From contig OZ253564.1 in the NCBI GenBank assembly GCA_965262915.1, positions 4,896,001 to 4,960,000 on the forward strand: DNA of 64,000 bases. Direction: 5' to 3'. This DNA is from Candidatus Spongiisociaceae bacterium (GTDB taxonomy: Bacteria > Actinomycetota > Acidimicrobiia > Spongiisociales > Spongiisociaceae). Position 1 is the first letter of the stretch. Each line of letters starts with the position of its first letter. The position numbers were made by a program, and so were the translations under genes. Below the pieces are notes generated by a model, which saw only the letters and a program-made list of their open reading frames with translations, had not been told where the DNA came from and made no database searches. Of the stretch, positions 60,082 through 64,000 are shown in pieces.

Positions 60082-60588
60082 ATGAGCATGAGCGTAACCT
60101 ACGAACGAATCCTACGCCTGAGGGCCATCCGCCAATACCAGAACCGTTCCGTAGACCCCGACGACCTCAACCGGGTACTGCAGGCGGCCCGCTGGACCGG
60201 CAGTTCCAAGAACCGCCAGAACTGGTCGGTGGTGGTGATACAGGACCGGGAACGAGTCGAGCGGCTGGCCGCATGCGGCAATTTCACGAAACCCCTGGTG
60301 GCCGCCCCCGTCGCCCTGGCTCTTGTGGAGGAGCCGGAAACCTACGAGTTCGACACCGGGCGCATGGCGCAGAACATCATGCTGGCCGCGGACGCTCTCG
60401 GTATGGCCACCTGCCCCATCACCATGCACCGGCACGAAGACGCGGCCCGCGTGCTCGGCCTCCCACCAGGGTGGCGTTGCCGCTACGCAATCGCACTCGG
60501 ATATCCGGCTCCGACCGCCCGCCCGGCGAGGTTCGGGGGCCGCAAACCGCTCGAGAACATCCTTCACCAGGACTCGTTCGGTCAGTGA
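60082..60588 (+). CDS. Nitroreductase family protein
   Basis: R.IR.Y, L.AARW..SS.N.Q.W, D.GRMAQNIMLAA..LG..TC, IALGYP, RKPL. Confidence 0.9.
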   Translation: MSMSVTYERILRLRAIRQYQNRSVDPDDLNRVLQAARWTGSSKNRQNWSVVVIQDRERVERLAACGNFTKPLVAAPVALALVEEPETYEFDTGRMAQNIMLAADALGMATCPITMHRHEDAARVLGLPPGWRCRYAIALGYPAPTARPARFGGRKPLENILHQDSFGQ

Positions 60589-62264
60589 CCACGACTTCTC
60601 GGGAACTGGCCGACGAGTACTGGGAGTTCCTGCTCGACCACCGTCACTTCTCCAACCTGGCCCGGGGCGAACTGAGTCGGATCGAGCAATGGGACGATCT
60701 CTCGGCCGAGGGAATACAGGCCGCCAGGGAGGCCTGCTTCCGGTTCGCTGCCCGCGCCGCCGACTCGACCGCGGACACGGCCTCCGACCGGATCCTGCGG
60801 GAGACCGTCGCAGCAGCCGCGTTCATGGGCGCGACGGTCGGCGTCTGGTGGCCGCACCTCCAAGCAGCCAGCCGCCAGTCCGGGCTGCTGAGCGCCCTGC
60901 TGCCGGCGATCCACCTCCAGCCTCTCGTCACCGCCGACCACGGTCGTCGGTATCTGGAGAAGCTGCGCCGCTTCCCGGCGATGATCGACCAGTTGGTGGA
61001 TCGGCTCGAAGAGGGCGCCGTGACCCGGATAGTCCCCCTTGCCCTGCATGTGGGCCAGACAATCGGCAAGCTGGACCAGACGCTCTCCCGGCCTCCGGTG
61101 GACGACCCGATCACCACGCAGGCCGCTCCGGCCCGGCTGGGCGAGGCCGAGGCGATCCGGTGGCGAGGGGACCTGGTGGAGGCGATCGAGGCTCATGTGC
61201 GTCCGAGCCTGTCTCGCTTCGCAGGGGCACTCCACGATGTGACGCTCCCTTCGGCACGCCCCTCGGACCAGGCAGGATTGTGCCACCTGCCCGGGGGCGA
61301 TGCGGTGTATGCCGACATGGTCAAGGGTCACACGACGCTCGACCTCGAGCCGGAAGCGATCCACCAACTGGGCCTCGGCAGGGTTGGCTTGTTGGAGGAC
61401 GAGTACCGGCGCATCGCGGGACCGCTGCTCGGTACCTACGAAATGCCTGAGATCTACACTCGACTGCGCGATGATCCGGGACTCAAATACGATCGCTCCG
61501 ATGACCTGGTGGCAGACGCGTTCCGCTGCCTGGAGAAGGCCACCGCTGCAATGGGGGGTTGGTTCGACCCCCTGCCCCGGGCGCCCTGCCTAGCCGACCC
61601 GATCGATGTGGGAGCCATGGCCTACTACTACCCGCCCACCGCCGACGGGGTACGCCCGGGGCGTTTCTTCTTCAACGTCGCCGACCCGACCGCCTGGGCC
61701 ACCTTCCAGATTCCGGCGGTCGCCTACCACGAGGGCATCCCGGGACACCACCTCCAGATCGCTCTGGCCATCGAGAACACCGGTATCCACGACCTTCACA
61801 GGCACGTCTACCTGCCGGCCTTCGGCGAGGGGTGGGGCCTCTACAGCGAGCGCCTCTCCGACGAGATGGGCCTGTACGAGGACGACTGGGAACGGGTCGG
61901 TATGCTCACCGCCGACTCGTTGCGGGCCGGGCGGCTGGTGGTGGACACCGGTATCCACGCCTTGGGTTGGACGAGGACCGAAGCCATCAGGTACCTGGCC
62001 GACCACTCTCCCATGTCCATCCATGAGATCACCGAAGAGGTCGACCGGTACATCGCCTCTCCCGGCCAGGCGCTCTCCTACATGCTGGGACGCCTGGAGA
62101 TCGAGTCCCTGCGCGCCGAAGCCGAGGCCCGGTCGGGCAAGGCGTTCGACATCAAGAGCTTCCACGGAACGGTCCTCGGTAGCGGCACCGTGCCGCTACC
62201 CACCCTGCGTTGGATGGTCCGGGATTGGCTGGACGGGGACGATTCCGCCGCAGGTGGCCGCTGA
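60585..62264 (+). CDS. DUF885 family protein
   Basis: G...LPGG...Y, TT......IHQLG, AYY.PP..DG.RPG, YHEGIPGHH.Q, EGWGLYSE, R..RLVVDTGIH, E.DRYI..PGQAL.Y..G. Confidence 0.92.
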   Translation: MTTTSRELADEYWEFLLDHRHFSNLARGELSRIEQWDDLSAEGIQAAREACFRFAARAADSTADTASDRILRETVAAAAFMGATVGVWWPHLQAASRQSGLLSALLPAIHLQPLVTADHGRRYLEKLRRFPAMIDQLVDRLEEGAVTRIVPLALHVGQTIGKLDQTLSRPPVDDPITTQAAPARLGEAEAIRWRGDLVEAIEAHVRPSLSRFAGALHDVTLPSARPSDQAGLCHLPGGDAVYADMVKGHTTLDLEPEAIHQLGLGRVGLLEDEYRRIAGPLLGTYEMPEIYTRLRDDPGLKYDRSDDLVADAFRCLEKATAAMGGWFDPLPRAPCLADPIDVGAMAYYYPPTADGVRPGRFFFNVADPTAWATFQIPAVAYHEGIPGHHLQIALAIENTGIHDLHRHVYLPAFGEGWGLYSERLSDEMGLYEDDWERVGMLTADSLRAGRLVVDTGIHALGWTRTEAIRYLADHSPMSIHEITEEVDRYIASPGQALSYMLGRLEIESLRAEAEARSGKAFDIKSFHGTVLGSGTVPLPTLRWMVRDWLDGDDSAAGGR

Positions 62265-62395
62265 GCAGGGCACCAAGGACGGCGGCTCCGAGGCGCCACC
62301 GGTGTGATCCGGTTGCCACACGTTCACCGTCGACCGGGTTCCGGCGCCCATCGGGGCCGGGAGGACCGGCGTCCTCGGTGTAGCATCGGTCGGCC

Positions 62396-63601
62396 ATGAG
62401 CGACTTGCTTGCCGCAGCCCGAGCGATCTTCCCCGAAACGGTGGACCTACGCCGCCGGCTCCATCGTTTTCCCGAGCGCGGCAACCACCTTCCGACGACC
62501 CGGACGGTCGTCCTCGACGCGCTGGATGGCTTACCGCTGGGGATCAACCTGCACGAGAGCACCTCCGGGGTGGCGGCGGTGCTTCGGGGTGACCGGCCGG
62601 GGCCGACCATCGTCCTGCGCGGCGATATGGACGCCCTGCCGGTTCAGGAGGACACCGGCCTCCCCTTCGCCAGCGAGCATCCCGGGTTCATGCATGCCTG
62701 CGGTCACGACCTGCACACGGCGATGCTGGTCGGAGCGGCCCGGATCCTGTCATCCATGAAGCAAGAACTGGCAGGCACGGTGATCTTCATGTTCCAGCCC
62801 GGCGAGGAGGGATTCTTCGGCGCCCGGCTCATGCTCGAGGAAGGCCTGCTCGACACCACCGAGGAAAGGCCCACCGGCGCCTTCGCCATGCATGTGACCA
62901 CCTGGTTCGCCTCCGGCACCATCCAGCACCGTCCGGGACCCCAGATGGCGGCAGCCGACGAAGTTCATATAACGGTGAGGGGGAAGGGCGGCCATGCATC
63001 GGCCCCCTACCTGTGCCACGATCCCATTCCGGTGGCGGCCGAGATCGTGCTGGCGGTCCAGATCGCGCTGACCCGCCGCATCAACGTCTTCCACCCGGGC
63101 GTGATCACGTTCGCCATGATCGAGGCAGGCACCACCCACAACGTGATCCCCGAGACCGCCCGTCTGGTGGGAACGGTCCGGGCGCTGTCCGATGACACCC
63201 GGGAAGAACTGCATGCCATCCTCCGGCGGGTGGCGAGCAACGTGGCCGCGGCCCACGGCGTGGAAGCCGACGTACAGATCGATATCGGTTACCCGGTGAC
63301 CGTCAACGATCCTTCCTACACGGCCTTCGTGGATACGATCGCCAAGCGGACGCTGGGAGATGACCTGGTCCGGCCGCTCAAGAATCCGTCGATGGGAGGT
63401 GAGGACTGGGCCTACGTGCTCAGAGAGGTTCCGGGAATGATGTCCTACCTCGGCGCATGCCTACCGGGCCAGGTTCCCGGGAAGGCTCCGGGAAACCACT
63501 CCAACCGGGTGGTGTTCCACGAGGAGTCGATGGTGGCGGGGATGGCCCTGCATGCCGCAGTGGCGATGGCTCACGGCAGGGACGAGTTCGCCACCGGATG
63601 A
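62396..63601 (+). CDS. M20D amidohydrolase (hippurate hydrolase-like)
   Basis: RR.LH..PE, LRGDMDALP, MHACGHD.H, FQPGEEG, G.GGHAS.P, GGED. Confidence 0.93.
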   Translation: MSDLLAAARAIFPETVDLRRRLHRFPERGNHLPTTRTVVLDALDGLPLGINLHESTSGVAAVLRGDRPGPTIVLRGDMDALPVQEDTGLPFASEHPGFMHACGHDLHTAMLVGAARILSSMKQELAGTVIFMFQPGEEGFFGARLMLEEGLLDTTEERPTGAFAMHVTTWFASGTIQHRPGPQMAAADEVHITVRGKGGHASAPYLCHDPIPVAAEIVLAVQIALTRRINVFHPGVITFAMIEAGTTHNVIPETARLVGTVRALSDDTREELHAILRRVASNVAAAHGVEADVQIDIGYPVTVNDPSYTAFVDTIAKRTLGDDLVRPLKNPSMGGEDWAYVLREVPGMMSYLGACLPGQVPGKAPGNHSNRVVFHEESMVAGMALHAAVAMAHGRDEFATG

Positions 63602-63703
63602 CCGAATCCGCAGTCGTTACCCAACATCGATATAAATATACCTTACTATCTATCGTATCCCTCTACTCACCTTAATCGACAAGGCTAAGTTGTCTTGAGC
63701 TAC

Positions 63704-63859
63704 ATGATCGACGTCGCCATCGTCGAATTGCGGAATGAGATGAACCACAGGTTCGACAGAATGGACCAGAGGATCGACGGGCTGGGCGGCGTGGAGGTGC
63801 AGGTCGCGACCCTGGCCGGTCCCGCCCCGCCAGTCCCCGTCGGGACGAGCGACCGGTAA
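63704..63859 (+). CDS. Small coiled-coil ORF or remnant (51 aa)
   Basis: Manual translation MIDVAIVELRNEMNHRFDRMDQRIDGLGGVEVQVATLAG...; follows an AT-rich patch. Confidence 0.35.
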   Translation: MIDVAIVELRNEMNHRFDRMDQRIDGLGGVEVQVATLAGPAPPVPVGTSDR

Positions 63860-64000
63860 CCCCCGATCGTCGCCCACACCGGGACCCTCGAGGCGAGTCC
63901 ACCACGTTGAGCCGGCAGCCGCGAACCGCTCCCGAGTTCCCGGAACTCCGGCAACGCCGTACCCTTGCCCATTGATGACCAGCAACGCGATTCTCGACGA

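Overview
High-GC actinobacterial chromosome segment. SLH-domain, RCC1/TolB-repeat and heptad coiled-coil genes, plus many leaderless promoters, suggest an Acidimicrobiia-like, possibly host-associated organism (inference). Housekeeping/core genes flank the window: 1-14.1 kb (M3 peptidase, suhB, lnt, ROK kinase, LCP, purB, thiD) and 45.4-64 kb (kbl, fdhD, MogA/MoaB, surE, ABC exporter, vapBC, DUF885, M20 amidohydrolase). Between them is a ~31-kb decaying accessory island (~14.2-45.3 kb) of catabolic genes, many broken by nonsense mutations, frameshifts or head-to-head deletions, including a NicX-centred pyridine-ring cluster. Its mobile core (25.3-36.4 kb) contains: one intact tyrosine recombinase and four remnants of the same family, two preceded by an identical palindromic site; an IS1380-family element whose two ends sit at the same codon of two inverted recombinase remnants, forming a ~3.2-kb palindrome; cargo modules bounded by short direct repeats (SLH-HNH-Excalibur nuclease; integrase + Rv2016/Rv2017-like pair); and an NYN ribonuclease with a divergent, promoter- and terminator-bounded ~70-nt structured RNA. 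Two MITE families are present. No rRNA, tRNA, CRISPR array or reverse transcriptase was recognised. All family assignments are from motif recognition by eye, not database searches.
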